NCBI RefSeq assembly: GCF_006345805.1
Contig: NC_043002.1
Span: forward strand, 47,740,001-47,804,000
Source: Octopus sinensis
Lineage: Eukaryota
Direction: 5' to 3'
DNA: 64,000 nt
Made by a program: the position numbers and the translations under genes. The notes beneath the pieces were generated by a model. The model was not told where the DNA came from, made no database searches, and saw nothing but the letters and a program-made list of their open reading frames with translations. This document shows positions 1-14,162 of the stretch, piece after piece (position 1 is the first letter of the stretch; each line of letters opens with the position of its first letter).

Positions 1-1193
1 TAGATATATGAAAATATTTTTCTATTCTTGATTACAGTGATGATGAGGAAGATGATTATGATAATGATGTTCTCCATTTCTTTTATTCATCTTTGAATAT
101 TTTTACTCAAGTCCAAAAGGCATGACAAACTAGTTATTTGATATGTAAAAGATCTGTTACCAATATAATTTAAAGAATTAAGTTTAAACATTTTCTATTC
201 CATTGTAAAAGTTAACTTGGAATCACAGAATACTCTCTTGTGGGCAAGGTTACAATCTGAGATAATTTCCTCTCATTAGTCTCTGAGGTCCTGAAAAGAA
301 GCATCAGCACCACCCTATTCCTTTCACCATGCCATAAAGATTATAAATGACTAAACAATTTTGCTTTATATGCTGCTAATTATCAACTTTAACAAATAAC
401 AATTGTTGCATATGTAGTATTTTCGTTGATCATCCAACAATGGTAAAAGTGAGTAGCATGTTTAATTATTATATTTCTAGCTTCATTTACATAACGACTT
501 GCAATTAACAAATGATATGGTGATTAATGGTGAATTTAGGAGCAACAATTCCTGAAACAGTGATGCATATAACCTGTTCCTTCTGAAATTGAACTGCTAA
601 TAAAGAAATTAAATTGTACAAAGAAACACTTATAACCACATATACACATGCAAACACATGCAATTGTGCATATGTGCTTGTTTAATTAACTAATCTTGAT
701 TGTAGTTGAAATATAAAAATTTCTACCATAACATTTCTCAATTATCACAGAGATATTATATTAAAATTTTACTTTATTAAATATATGTGAAAGTATGAGT
801 ATTATGTGAAGCCATAAACTTTCAGCCATAAAAATTAGACTGAATTTTCCTTAATTATATGTTAATAGATATTTTCACTTAATTCATTAAAGTTAAAATG
901 TTTCTATGGCTTGCTTCTTTTTCCCATACATTCACAATAATGTTTATGACCCTATAAACTAATGAACAGAAAACTGGTTTTATGTTAATTCACCCATTAA
1001 TTGTAGACACTAATCGTTTTAGTAAAATGCGAATGCATTTTAGAAATTTGATGTGTGTGGAAATTCTACTTCAGTGAGAGTTAGTGGATGCATTAAGCTG
1101 AAATTTGCCTGCTCATATGCTATTGCTGCAGAATCATAATCTGACTGCAAGATAAAATGGTACTGGTTGGCAGAGTGTCACTTCTTCAACCTT

Positions 1194-1225
<32 letters not shown>

Positions 1226-2059
1226 GTATACAAACACACACACACACACTTCTCCTTCTCTTCCATTAAGTACCTTGATCCAGAGGGGTGGAAGGAACAC
1301 AGACACATGGAAAAAATGCATAAGCTTTAGAATTTATTAAAAGTGTTTTGTATGCTTAGATATATAGCAAATTGCTCTTCATTAACACAAACCAGAAAGT
1401 AGTAACAAAGCTTATTAACCAATATGTCTCTAGATTTTCCATTAATAATTAGCTTTGTGTTACAGAGGAAACGGGGAAAAATGTCTATTCTAGAGAGAAA
1501 ATAGTATCAGTATGGATATATTCACAATGATTACGTATTTACAATTATTATTAAATATAACCAAAGAATCTGGTTATTGCAGAACAGATCTAAAATAACT
1601 AATAAAGTGATGGTTATGTTACTACTGAAACCAGATAGATGCAGTATATAAATTAGATTTAAATGTTATTAAAAAAACAAAACATAAGGTAGAATGTGAA
1701 ATGAAACCCTTAGGTTAAATTCTCATTAATCACATGCCATGAAAATAAGTGCTAATCTTCAAATTATCTGTGTATGTTATAGGTTTACATATCCATATAA
1801 AAGAAATTAATGAACTTTGCAGTTGTATCAAATAGATGAGTTCATGAATAAACTTCAAACTGGAACCATTCTTTCAAGTATCTATAATGAACATAGTCAT
1901 AAACTTGATAGAAAGATATTATGAACAAATTCTAAAATATTTCACTATATAGAAAGTCAGCAGACTCATAAGCCATGTACCTGAACAATTATTTAGTACT
2001 ATAACGTCCAAAAGAACATTAAATATTTCCCTATAATCAAACTACTCTTGCAAACTAAA

Positions 2060-3395
2060 CTTCATCTCTGCTTTTATATATGATTTTATTGCTGATGACA
2101 CCTTTGTGTATGACTTGCATGGCTCTTTCAAGCCATTAATTTACACCTAGTTTTCTTAGTGACCACCAGACTGAAGATTGTTGTACTTAGTCAAATAGTC
2201 CTTCCTAGGTCGACAAATTCTAGGTAAAGTGACTTAGTCTTAGCTAAAACCTTCTGTCATTTTCTTGCAATGAAGAGAGTATTAGTGGTACCCTGTCTGA
2301 CACAAACCCAAAGTGAATTTTCCCAAATTAGCTCTCTTCCTTATTAGTTACTAGCAGTATCGCCCGGCGTTGCTCGGGTTTGTAAGGGAAATAACTATAA
2401 AGCATTTTTAGAGAGTTATAGCCAAAAAATAGCAAAAAAATAGAAAAAAAATGATGGTAAATTTTTTTTTAGTTAAAAAGGTCGAGTTGTGTCCCCTAGA
2501 CAGTCTGTGGTTTGTGTTTCTGATTCTCGACCCCATGTCGAATTTATCAATTTTTTTCAGAACTGGGGGAACTTTTCAAACTTTTCGCTGCGTTAGTTTT
2601 GAATTATGACATTGGGCTATGTGTGTGTCAAGTTTCATCAGAATCGGTTGAAAGCGGTGGTCAGAGTGAGGTTACAACCTAACAGACACACAGTCACGCA
2701 GACAGACAAACTGCCATTTATATAGAGAGAGATGCTATAACTCTTCCTGTTGATTTTCATAAACTGGTCCATCAGTTTCATACACTTGTAGATAATACCT
2801 CTTTCTAAAGTATCTCAATTCTTCTTACTGTAGTAGGTGGTGATACTGTTACACCAGTTACTGGATGTGATACTTCATAGTTCTGCCTGATTGATGATGC
2901 ACGTATCTTGCATTTTTCCTACTTTGCAGAGACCATCCTTGATAATCTGGTTACATTGCCTGCCTTAATATCATAGATGATGCTTTCAACCATAAGGATG
3001 TCATCTCCAATGGCTTACTCAGGGTAACTTTTTCTCTCCCCAACATTCACTTCATTCAGTAAACTCTTGTAGTGTCCTTTCTGTACATGCATCTTGCCAA
3101 CATTACTGGGGACAAATATGCTGCTAACCCTCTGTAAACACTTTTCTCCAGTGATGTCCTGATTTGCAAACACATGTTATCCACCCCACACCAGCGTAGA
3201 AGATGGACATTATCTGAGGATGATGATATTGTGTTTCACTCATGGCAGAATATTGTAAACCTTTTATTTTCGGTTTCTCTTCATGCTCATAGACCTGATA
3301 TTTAGTTTCTCTTCTAACAATCTGACATTCTTCCTTGCTCCCCACTTTCTTCCAGTATTTCTAGACCTGTACTTAGCCCTTTTAGCTATCTTTAG
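2060..3395 (-). mobile_element. Degenerate RTE-clade LINE fragment (RT region) interrupted by a Helitron
   Basis: Minus-strand translation gives relics WCNSITTYY..DTLERG..MKLMDQFMK, FGFV, KSLYLEFVDL and WWSLRKLGV, which match RTE RT motifs. There are many stops and frameshifts. Confidence 0.8.
2351..2732 (-). mobile_element. Non-autonomous Helitron (382 bp)
   Basis: The minus strand starts 5'-TC and ends CTAG-3', with a subterminal hairpin CCCGAGC-AAC-GCCGGG 8 nt before the CTAG. It is inserted between A and T with no target duplication; removing it restores the RTE sequence agagttatagca|taactaataagg. Confidence 0.85.
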
Positions 3396-3490
<95 letters not shown>

Positions 3491-5372
3491 GTATATATAG
3501 AAAGAGAGAAAGAGAGAATGTCATTCGACTGAAGAGTAACCTCACGGCAGTGAATATAGCTCATGACACCTTTGAGTAAGCAGCCTTGGAGGGGACAAAA
3601 CGGAGATCATCATGTCAAAATGGTGTAGGTGACTTTGTTCCTACCAGCATTAACAGGAAAAGGGGTGCAAGCCAAAGGCAAAAAGCGGCTGCAAATACAC
3701 CATTTGCACTGACCCATAATCCTCATACTTGCAATATCTGCAGGCTTCTTTGCAAATTGTTGGCAGACTCAAATGTCACATCGACATAAGCATTATGATT
3801 GACAAAGAAAGTGTAGGTTATTGGATCTTCATATGTTGAAACCAATGGGAAAACTCATGAGAGAGAGAGAGAGAGAGTAGTAGTAGCTGTAGTAATAGTA
3901 GATATTGCATACTCATATACAAACACAAGTATACATGTACATCACATTTTACATGCATCTTTTCCTGCAAGATATTTCCTTGATTATCTGCTGGCTGGCA
4001 ATTACAAGATTCAACAGTGTCTAGAGTGTTACTGAAATGGGTTAGTTTTTCTCAGATAGATATCATTTCTCCAGTAATATAACCATTATTTTATTTTGTC
4101 CTATCAATAAAGATCCCCTGCATGTTGTTAGTTATCATCAGGTTAATATCGATTGATCAGATATTTTATTAATATGTTCCAACTGTGACCATTCCATCCT
4201 CTATTCAAACACTTTTTCTAGAACTACATTAACCAATGTAAAATCATATAGTTCAACTTGTTATGGGAATGGCTGCTATTTCTAGCAGATTGTGTGACTG
4301 TAAAGATGTTCCCTTCGTGGAATGTTAACTTATTTGGTGAGATGCAAAATGACTGAATGCTATTAGTACTGGATGGACAGCTTATGTCTTTAATTCTAAT
4401 CCATCGTTTGCAAAAATTGGCCTATGTTTATTTTTCTACTCATTTCATAACTTGAGAATAGGTAGTAGACTATTTGAGAATGTCTCCTGAAAAATCTTTC
4501 ATATATTAAGCACTACAAAACTCCTATTACACATTGCCCATTGAATCCATCTCTTGAAAGGATGAGAAGATATTTACTACCTCTATATTTGAAAAATTTA
4601 TGTACATAATGAACAATGCTATTACTAGTAAATAAATAACAAGTATACACATAGGTACAAGGGAAATATATGCATACATTCAATAGAAAATACACACGCA
4701 TCCGATAAAAATATTCTCATAAATAGATAATGTAGCTATCAAATAACAGTATAAGAATATTTATCTCTTAGTTTTGAGATGAAATTTTACATCTATTGTT
4801 GTGGTGTACCTCCGGGGAACCGGACAATCTTATTCTCATCAAAACCGGGCTGAATGTCAAAACAGGTTTTCTTCTTAGTTCGTGGTCATTGTTTAACCCT
4901 AAATCGTTTGTGATGGAATGCAATTAGGTATTCCAGTTATGACCATCCACCTTCTTAGGGATATCTAGCACTGCACTTATGCATCCTTCCCCTGTTATTT
5001 TAACATTGTAGGGTGTGATTAAGAGTGAGTTGTTATTTCACATACAGGTTTCCTTGTTGGTTTCCTAGGTGACTGACCAGTTGTAGAATGATGATCAAAT
5101 AATTAAAAGGTCTTTAACAAATACAAAAATCCACCCAATTATCTTTTCTGCTTATTATTCCTGGGAAAATCATGACGGCAGAATCCTCAGGCATTTCATC
5201 CAGAAGGTTCTATCAGAAGCAACTGTCATTAGACTTTACAGTTGGACTCTCAAGCATGAACATTTGAGACAACAGATATTATCCAACTGCCTCACTCATA
5301 GACTACTTCTAGGTTTCCTGCTGGTTGGTTTGGCTTGAAGAGTCCATCTTGTGGTTCTTTTTTGAAACTCCC

Positions 5373-5585
5373 TCTTTTACTTGTTTCAGTCATTTGACTG
5401 TAGCCATGCGGGAGCACCACCTTTAGTCGAGCAAATTGACCCCAGGACTTATTCTTTGTAAGCCTAGTACTTATTCTATTGGTCTCTTTTGCCGAATCGC
5501 TAAGTTATGGGGGCGTAAACACACCAGCATCGGTTGTCAAGCAATGTTGGGGGGACAAACACAGGCACACAAGCATATATACACT

Positions 5586-5625
<40 letters not shown>

Positions 5626-5791
5626 TACGATGGGCTTCTTTTAGTTTCCATTTACCAAATCCACTTACAAGGCTTCGGTCAGCCTGAGGCTATAGTAGAA
5701 GACACTTGCCCAAGGTGCCACGCAGTGGGACAGAACTCAGAACCATGTGGTTGGTAGGCAAGCTACTTACCACACAGCCACTCCTATGCCT
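5373..5791 (-). mobile_element. tRNA-derived SINE (octopus-type, internal TA microsatellite), full length
   Basis: The minus-strand head GGAGTGGCTGTGTGGTAAG...GGTTCTGAGTTCTGTCCC carries A/B-box-like motifs. The body is near-identical to the copies at 23331-23722 and 62806-63214. Confidence 0.85.
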
Positions 5792-6212
5792 ACATTCAAC
5801 TTACATTAATAAAGGAAACTTGATTTCAAATTGCATGTATTTTATCATGAAATAATTATAAATATCAAAATACGTTTCTATAAACATTAAAATTTTTGAA
5901 TCTGCACTGTATTCAGTTAATCAGGTCTTAAATAAATGGTTATTACAACCTTAGTTGTATTATTCATTTTGAGTAATGATACAAGTCTTTTGTAAAAGAG
6001 GAAGATAGTCAAATAAACCAACTTCTGTCCATTACTGGCACTTATGACACATCTCAAGAGAAATAAAATTCAAAGTCTATTAGAGTTAGATTTGAATATA
6101 GAACACTGAGAGCTAAAACTAAATATTTGAGGCACATAGTATTCTGCTTTAATGTTTCTGTCTTTAACTGGTCCACATCCATATATAATGTATAGCATTA
6201 CATAATACACAT

Positions 6213-6260
<48 letters not shown>

Positions 6261-7619
6261 GTACCACCCAAGAATGCATTTATGTGTAATATACAATGGA
6301 ATGGGAATACGGAAGAAGAATATATACACACATGCATAGTTGAAGGCATGTAAATAAGCAGATGTGTAAACAAACTATTTCCAAAGATATATATATATGC
6401 GTGTATATATGTATGTATCTGGAGAGAGAGATGATAATACATGCACATATAGAGACATATACGCTGTTTATATAAGCATGTGTGTGTGTATTGTATTATA
6501 TATATAATCATATAATTATATATCATACAATGCACACACATGCTTATATAAACAGCATACATAATATTTCTATGTGCAAGTGTTATCATGAGATAGTTCT
6601 AAAAATATAATGATATTGCCATAATCTTAAACATTTTCAAAAATGTCCTCTACACAGTCTAATGAATCTTTTAAAAAGCTGAGCTGGTATCATTAATTGA
6701 TCAATTCAGTCTTTGAGCAAAGAAAATATCTTAATAAAAACTTCATTTTTATAGAAGAAATGCTCAGATTTTGTCTCAGGACAGTATTCTGCTTTGAATA
6801 TTTGATGGAAAATAAATTCATAGTTGATACGATTTTTTTTTATTGATTTCTATGAAGTTTTCACTTGACATAATGAATATCTATTGATTGTTTAAAGCTT
6901 TGTGGCTAATATAATATCTTCACCATTATTCATTTTCTAAAGTGATTGCAAAAATAAGAAAGGCAAAAAAAAAAAAAAATATATAATAATAAGCCCCGAA
7001 ACAATTGGGTCTGTGCCACTGTGCATTATGGAGATTGTTTGGTAAACAATAGTGATGAGTGTATAGATAACTATTGTAGTGTGTCTTTGGGGAATTAAGG
7101 TAATGATTTTGTGCTATTAGAAAAGTAGTGGAATAGTAATATCTGCTGAAAGCTAACTGACATAGAAACTAGTTAGAAAACAATGATAATAGGCATATGC
7201 TTTACAGTAGCTTAAAAATGAATGCACAGAAAGCAAAAAGCGACTACATATCAAATAGATTAGAGAACTTTGAAGTGATGAATTTTCTTTTTCTTTCATA
7301 AATATTCTTAGTCAACAAGTACTAAATGATGTACAGTAGTCCATGGGTAGATAATGAGTATGCTGCATTCAATAAGTGTGAAATAATCTCTTCTAACAAA
7401 CTATCCATTGGAATTTTGTTAAGCCTAATATCAAAACTATTAATGCAATTGAAAACTATGTCAATAATTAAGCATAGATAATCTTTAATAAATCAAAATC
7501 TGTTCTATCAAAACACAGTTTTCAAGATATTGAAACCAATTAATGTGTGTGTATGTTTTACCATGTACTTCACATTCAGTGTGCTGACATATGATGCATT
7601 TAATGAAATAGAACTTTTG

Positions 7620-8030
7620 ATGCATAGTAGTTAGATTAAGGTCTCTGCTGATAACTAAGATCTTCTCTCAAATAATGAAGGGCAAGCTGTATGATGCTTG
7701 TATTCAAATTGACATGGTCAGGAGAGATAGGCCTTGAATATAGAGGTTTTATGAATTGTAGAAAGAAATGAAGCAAGTATGCTCTGTTGGATGTGTAATG
7801 TTAGCATCCATGAACATTAAAGTACAAATGAACTGAGAAAGGAAAATTGGGCATAAGAGGAATGAAAACTTGTGTGATAGAGAAATGACTTCACTGGATA
7901 CGTACGGACATATAAAGGCATTCAATATAAATGAAACCTGTGGAAGACTTAGGACAAAGTAGTAAAGATTGATCTCATGTAGAGATTACAAACAAGAAGT
8001 TGATTGGTGAAATGTGATGGTGTAGAAGAC
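7620..8030 (+). mobile_element. RTE LINE C-terminal fragment
   Basis: Translation gives KGKLYDACI, ERNEASMLCWMCNVSIH and KLGIRG relics. Confidence 0.7.
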
Positions 8031-8379
8031 TTGACTACCCATGCATGCATAGCAAAATAAGCATTAAAATGTGGTAGTTATGGAGGCTGAGACATACATA
8101 CATACATACATACATACATACATACATACATACGTACGTACATCTCTGTATGTGTGTATAAATACACATGCATACATATACATATGTGTGTTTGTGCATG
8201 AGAGAGAGAGAGAGAAAGAGACTTTTATTCATTTGTAGCTTCTCAGCCTCAATCTGCTGCTCTTCTTGGCTTGTTTTTTAATCTTCTCTCTCTCCCTCCC
8301 TTTCTCTCTCTCCCTCTCACTTACTTATAGCTATGTTAGTATCTCTCTTTCATTATGATACCTGAGAAACAAATAAAGA

Positions 8380-8860
8380 ATCGCATTGGATCTGACAGAA
8401 TCCTATGTTTTTCCACCACTGACTCTCTCCCCCATCTCTCTCTCATCAGCAAATAATGTTGATGCTATTTGTCCTATCTCATCTTGTGCTGCTAGATAAC
8501 CTTCTAAACTAGTTAACCACAACTCCAAATCACCTCTCTTGTTAGTCATCTTTTATTAATGTTCATCACACTTTCTTACAACTGATCATTTCTATGATTA
8601 TTCATGATTATTCATTACCTTCCATCTACCCACCACATCTACCATTCCTCTCATTACACTCTAAAACTACTGTTTCCCTTCTGTTCTTTCTAGCACTGAG
8701 CCTTGCAAATTCTTCGTCCCCTCACACTGTAATTCCAACTGCTGTCTCCCTTACCATACTCTCTCTCCCTCTTTTCTCTCTCCATTTTGGTTTACCTTCC
8801 GCAATCACCCTCACTCTTATCCATTATATTGGTCGTGTTGCCCTAACAGAGACAATGTGA
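8380..8860 (+). repeat. Pyrimidine-rich interspersed repeat, related to the reverse complement of 55920-56460
   Basis: The two loci share a block (gctagataaccttctaaactagttaacca vs gctagccaaaaccatttcacttgttaacca) and a strong C/T strand skew. Family unknown. Confidence 0.35.
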
Positions 8861-8889
8861 ATGATGAAGACCCTTTTTTGTCTTGAAAG

Positions 8890-9226
8890 TTACAAGACAA
8901 CCTCACTTGTGCTGGTACCTTGATAAAACACATGCAGTAAACTCTTTAAAGTAACTGGCAAATGAACAAAGACAATAGTACCCTTTAACCCTATCTTGTT
9001 GAAGATACAACAACATTACTAGTATTGGTACTAAAATAAAATTCACCTAGTACATCAGTAAAGCGTTTGGTGTCATAGAAACCATAGCAAATAAAATATA
9101 TGAATAAGACATGGTCCACAGACACATCTAGGAAGGCAGGATCTCCAAATAAGAACTGGTTTGGACAAGATAACTCATGCCAACAGGGAAAGCAGATGTA
9201 AAATGATGATGATGATGATGATGATG
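8890..9226 (+). mobile_element. SINE / RTE-tail element ending in (GAT)n
   Basis: It ends aactcatgccaacagggaaagcagatgtaaaatgatgatg, homologous to the copies at 15205, 59266 and 59968. Confidence 0.6.
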
Positions 9227-9429
9227 TTTCCTCATAATCACCATCAACTGTTTTCATGCTTCAACAATAGGTAAAATGATCAATGGATGATACTCAACCC
9301 TCTTCTCTCCAACTGCAGAAAATCACCTTCGTTAACTGGTGTACAGCATCACTTTCTTGCATATGCCACAAATTGTCAGCGTTTTATACAGAGAATCTCA
9401 CAATTTGTTTTCAGACAAAGCAGCTGCTC

Positions 9430-9730
9430 TCAGAATGCCTATCTGGTTTATATAGGAGCCAAATTGCTAGTAATAGCTGAACAAATACAAATGACTAATA
9501 TCAGAGCATCCAAATACAGTAAGCTGTCAGAATTGTTAACATGCCAGGCAAAATGCTTAGTGGCATTTCCTTTGTCTTTATGTTGTGATTTCAAATTTTG
9601 CCAAGGGCGACTTTGCCTTTCATCCATTCAAGAATGATAAAATAAGTATCAGTTGACCACTGGGATCAATGTAATCAACTTACCCTCTCCCCCAAAAGTG
9701 CTGGCTTTGTGCCAAAGTTAGAAAACAATA
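9430..9730 (+). mobile_element. Older SINE family copy (ctttgcctttcatcc core)
   Basis: The core ttcaaattttgccaagggcgactttgcctttcatcc recurs in degenerate form near 18240, 41330 (-), 44870 (-) and 45010 (-). Confidence 0.55.
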
Positions 9731-11561
9731 TCAGAACATCCAGTGAAATTACAAATTATTGTTGTTCATTGCTTCTTATAGTGAGCAAATTTAAAGAATA
9801 TTTTGTTCTTTCAATCGAATATTTCTATCTACATCATATTGCTAAATTACATTTTTGATATTATGTAGTATATTATTTCTGATGTGAAAGTGCTTTTTTT
9901 TACAGTTTTCAGATTCTCTACTCTATTGTTGATTCAAAACACCTGGAAGCACTGAAGAAGTAGAATGATTAAACAAAGAATTATTCCAAATATTATGTAC
10001 CTGTAAACAATATCAAGGGGAAACATGAGGAAATAACTGTATGCACAAGATCTTTTTATTGTATTTTTAAAAAATATCTGAGTGTTGTTGAATACTGAGA
10101 TCTAAAACTAAATCTAATTTTGAAACTTATCATTTATGGTTTCTGTTCTTAAAATCAGCTACAGAGAAGAAAAAAAATGGCAGATATTATTATGAAGAAA
10201 GAGAGAATGAGAAAGAAAGTACAACATGCATAGAAGGGTCATGCAGGGTGAATAAATGGTAGTAAATATAAAGCTGCAAAAATACAGGGTAAGGTCTTTT
10301 AAAGGAAACTCAAACTGCTGAGGTTATTCCTGGGGTATAATAGAAAAGATTCTAAGCTAGATGAAAAACAAATTCTTCAAAATTGAATATGAATAGTAAA
10401 CATTACAATCATTTGCAAGAGTAGGCAAGATCCCTGGAAACAGTACAATGTTCATCCTAATATAAAGAGTGGTCAATATACAAAGAACAACTTGAAACAC
10501 CAAGTTGTGTATAGAGATTTCCGATATGTATAGTTCAGGAAAAATTAATTGAATACATGAGCGAGTTTAGAATGATATTCAGCATATTCAGAGATGTAAA
10601 AGAACAAAATGCAGAGAGGTTTGAAATATACATTTTCTTCAAGAGATTCTAAGATGGTTTAACATAACTTATGTGTATTATAATTTAAGTGGCTTCTTGT
10701 TAATATCATGAGAAATGTTAAGATGTTATTTTGCTACATGATTACAAGAGAAAGAACAAAACACTAGTTAGATTAACTTTATTGGAATCTATTTACAATA
10801 AGTCTGTCTCAATATTAATACCTTTATGAAGAATCGAAATGGTTAGCATTACACAACTTTGAAAGACTTCATAAATGTAAGTTAATAAAAAATATAGAAT
10901 GAAATTTGAGAAAGACAAACACCCTAAATATTAAAATTATTTTCCTGCTTCCCTGTTGACATGTGTAAGACATTTAGGAGTAGAATATAAAAAGAGCAGA
11001 GTGTAAATACATTTAAGTTGTTCGCATGTACATTTTGTCTAAATTATTCCAGAGCTCTGTTTGCTCTTTTAGATTGTAAACATAATTTTTCTATTTAAGC
11101 TTTCCAGCAATGTCATTTTCAATATGTCTAATAAATTTACTTGATAAAAATAATGGTTATTATTTTGTAATTTTAGAAAAGTTTTTCCATTTTTGAAGAA
11201 AGTAAGTGTTCAGTTTTAGAAATATTTAAACAGATTTTTTATTAATATTTACTCACTTAAAAAAGAAGCAAAACTTCTTTCTCCATAGACTTGAAAGCTA
11301 TCTTTAAATAAGTAGTTTGGCGACATTCAGAAAGTGGTGCATTTCACAGCATAGCAGAGAGCATTAACATATAGTTTTTATTAAAAATAAGCAACACTTC
11401 TTGAAAAAAAAAATTCTCCAGTTTGAAGGTGTGACATTTTGAGTAATATTTTCTTCTTTTACTTGTTTCAGTGACTATAGCTAGATTTATGTTTGAGTAC
11501 CATCTTCTAGAGTATAATCCATCGCATCAATTCCAGCACATAATCTGTGTGTGTGTGTGTG

Positions 11562-12851
11562 TATTGAATCATACATTAAATAATGTAGCTTTTTTTTCAT
11601 TTGCATGAACTTAAAGTCAGAGGGTGATGGGATAAACTACCTGCATCAACTTGCTATAAAAGCAGGTAGTAATTTTACCTTGTCCTTATTCTTAGTGAAA
11701 GTTTTGAAGAGTGCAGTTTGATTTTTAACAGTTATTTTTCAAAGCTATGATGGAAGTGACAAAGGAACATATTCGGCATATTCTGCTTTATGAGATCAAT
11801 AAAGGCAACAACGCAATGGAGAAAGTGAGGTAAATTGATCCAGTATATGGGGATCAGACAATAAGCATAAGCCAGTGTCAACAGTAGTTCCTGAAATTCT
11901 GAGCCAGAAACTACAGCCTAGAAGACAAGCCTCATCCTAGAAGATCTGTAGAGCTCAGTGGGGACGATGTGAAAATCCTAGTGAAACAAAATCCCATTGC
12001 AGCTAGCAGAGATGCTTGGATTTGGTCATTCAACCATTAATTGACATCTGCGTGCCATCAGAAAAGTCAGCAAATTAGGTCAATAGGTTCCTCACAAACT
12101 TCCTGAGTCTAATCAAGTGTAGAGAGTGAAAGTGTGCTCTTCTTTGCTGTCACATCTCATGTATGAAACTTTTTTGAACTGAATAGTGACTGGTAGTGAG
12201 AAATGTGTTCTCTATAAAAATGTCAACTGACAAAGAGAGTGAGCAGGGAAAGGAGAAACACTGGCACTCTTGGCTAAAGAAGGTCTTCACTCATGTAAGG
12301 TATTGTTATCTGTTTGGTGGGATATGAATGGTTTAGTCCACTTTGAATTTTTAAACCCAAACGAAATGGTAACAAATGAAATCTACTGCAAACAGTTTGA
12401 GCAGCTTAAGTCAGCGCTAGAAGAAAACTGATCATCATTGATTTCAAGACGAAAGTTGTGTTTCCATCAGGATAATGCTCAGCCACATACAGTGAGGATG
12501 ACATTCCAAAGGCTGGAGTAGTTTGAATCGGAAATGGTGCCCCACCCACCATATTTACCAGACATTGCCCCATCTGATTATCATATATTCCACAGTCTTC
12601 AAAATGATTTTGGTGGAAAAAAATATGAACTCTGCAGATGCGGTCAGACAGTAATGGAGGAGTATTTTTGGTCATGGACAAGTGAATTTTGGAAGAAGTG
12701 GGGGGCTTGCAAGTCTACCAGATAGATGAAAGAGCATTGTAAAAAATGAAGGAGGATATATTTTAGATTAAAAAAGAACTTTGTTTATCTTAATTTTGAA
12801 AAATAAAAGAAGTATAAAAAAAACCCACATTATTTATGGGATGACCCAATA
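11562..12851 (+). mobile_element. Full-length degenerate mariner (DD34D)
   Basis: The right TIR reverse-complements to TATTGGGTCATCCCATAAATAATG; the left TIR is degenerate (tattgaatcatacattaaataatg). The transposase begins MMEVTKEHIRHILLYE at 11747 and retains HQDNAQPH and PHPPYLPDIAPSDYHIF motifs. It is disrupted. Confidence 0.9.
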
Positions 12852-12890
12852 CACAAATGCAAGCACACATGCACACACACACACACACAC

Positions 12891-13961
12891 TTGTTAAAGT
12901 AAAAAATTATCCACACTTTGCCAAGGCTTTTTTAAGGCAGGCTGCACTGCCTTCAGCACTCATGTGCTAAAATGTACTATTGTGATTACATAACCGAGGT
13001 TTGACTTTGACTTTCCCAGTTTTCTTTCTTGTGCTACTGAGTAAACATGGCCACTTCACAAGCAGTGTGCACTGAGGGAGAACAGAAATCAGTGATCTGA
13101 TTTCCCTAGTCTGAAGTAGTGTCAGGGGTTGAAATTCATTGCAGGTTTTCAGTACAATATGGGGACAATGCTCTATCTCATAGAATTGTGTATGAGTAAA
13201 TCAAAAAGTTTTAAAATGGCCAGACAAGCATGAAACATGAAGAGAAAGCAGAACCCAATCTACTTCCACCACTGACATGAAGATTCAACAAGCTTAAGAG
13301 ATCTTTCTGGTGAATTGGTGTGTGATCCTCCATGAGGTAGCAAATTAGCTATTCTCCATATGAAATCATCCATAACAAATTTCACTTCCTAAAAGTCTGT
13401 GCAAGATGGGTGCCAAGAAAGCTTACTGATGTGTATAAGTACAAATGTGTGGAGAACTGTCAGTGCTTACTTGACCACTGCAAGGATGAAGGGGAAGCTT
13501 AATGACACCTGGGCCCATCACTTTGAGCCAAAATCCCAAAGGCAGAGAATGGAGTGGAAACACCCTGAATCACCCATCGAAAAAGAATTTCAAGAAATCC
13601 AACCTTCCACAGAAAAAGTGATGCTAACCATTTCTGGAAGCCCAGATGGGCCTATATTGTTATATTATCTAGAAAAGGGGTTTACAGTCACAAGTGTAGA
13701 CTATAGTGAAATGCTGGTCAACAAACAAACTAGCAATTCACATCAAACACTGAGGTCTGTTGCAATATCAAGTGTTATTGCTGCACAACAATGCATGCCT
13801 ATATAGGAGAAACTATTGGAAAATTGGGTTTCAAGTTGCTAGAACAGCCTGCATAGAGTCCAAATCTCAACCCTTCCAGCTATCACCTCTTTGGACCACT
13901 CAAACATTCTTTACGAGGTTACAGACATTGAAGTGCATACAATTTTTGACTTAACCTCATA
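12891..13961 (+). mobile_element. Second mariner family, degenerate with C-terminal deletion
   Basis: The TIR remnants are gttaaagtaaaaaattatccacact and agtgcatacaatttttgacttaacctc. The ORF at 13399-13806 contains WAHHFEPKSQRQRMEWKHPESP...KVMLTI. Confidence 0.85.
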
Positions 13962-13964
13962 TGT

Positions 13965-14105
13965 ATACACACACACACAAATGTACATATATATATATAT
14001 ATATATACACATATGTATGTATGTGTATATATGTATGTGTATATATATATATATATATTATATATATATATATATATGTATGTATATATATATATATATA
14101 TATAT

Positions 14106-14153
<48 letters not shown>

Positions 14154-14162
14154 CAGACAGAC
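13965..14162. repeat. Compound (CA)/(TA)/(TATG)/(AGAT) microsatellite, representative of many in the window
   Basis: Read directly. Similar tracts occur at 3398-3500, 6210-6255, 8090-8130, 30100-30250, 37975-38235, 54560-54660, 56475-56670, 57585-57780 and 63505-63578. Confidence 0.95.

Noticed and set aside
5730-5791. A/B-box-containing heads as tRNA genes
   Set aside because: They are SINE heads attached to repeat bodies, with no cloverleaf.
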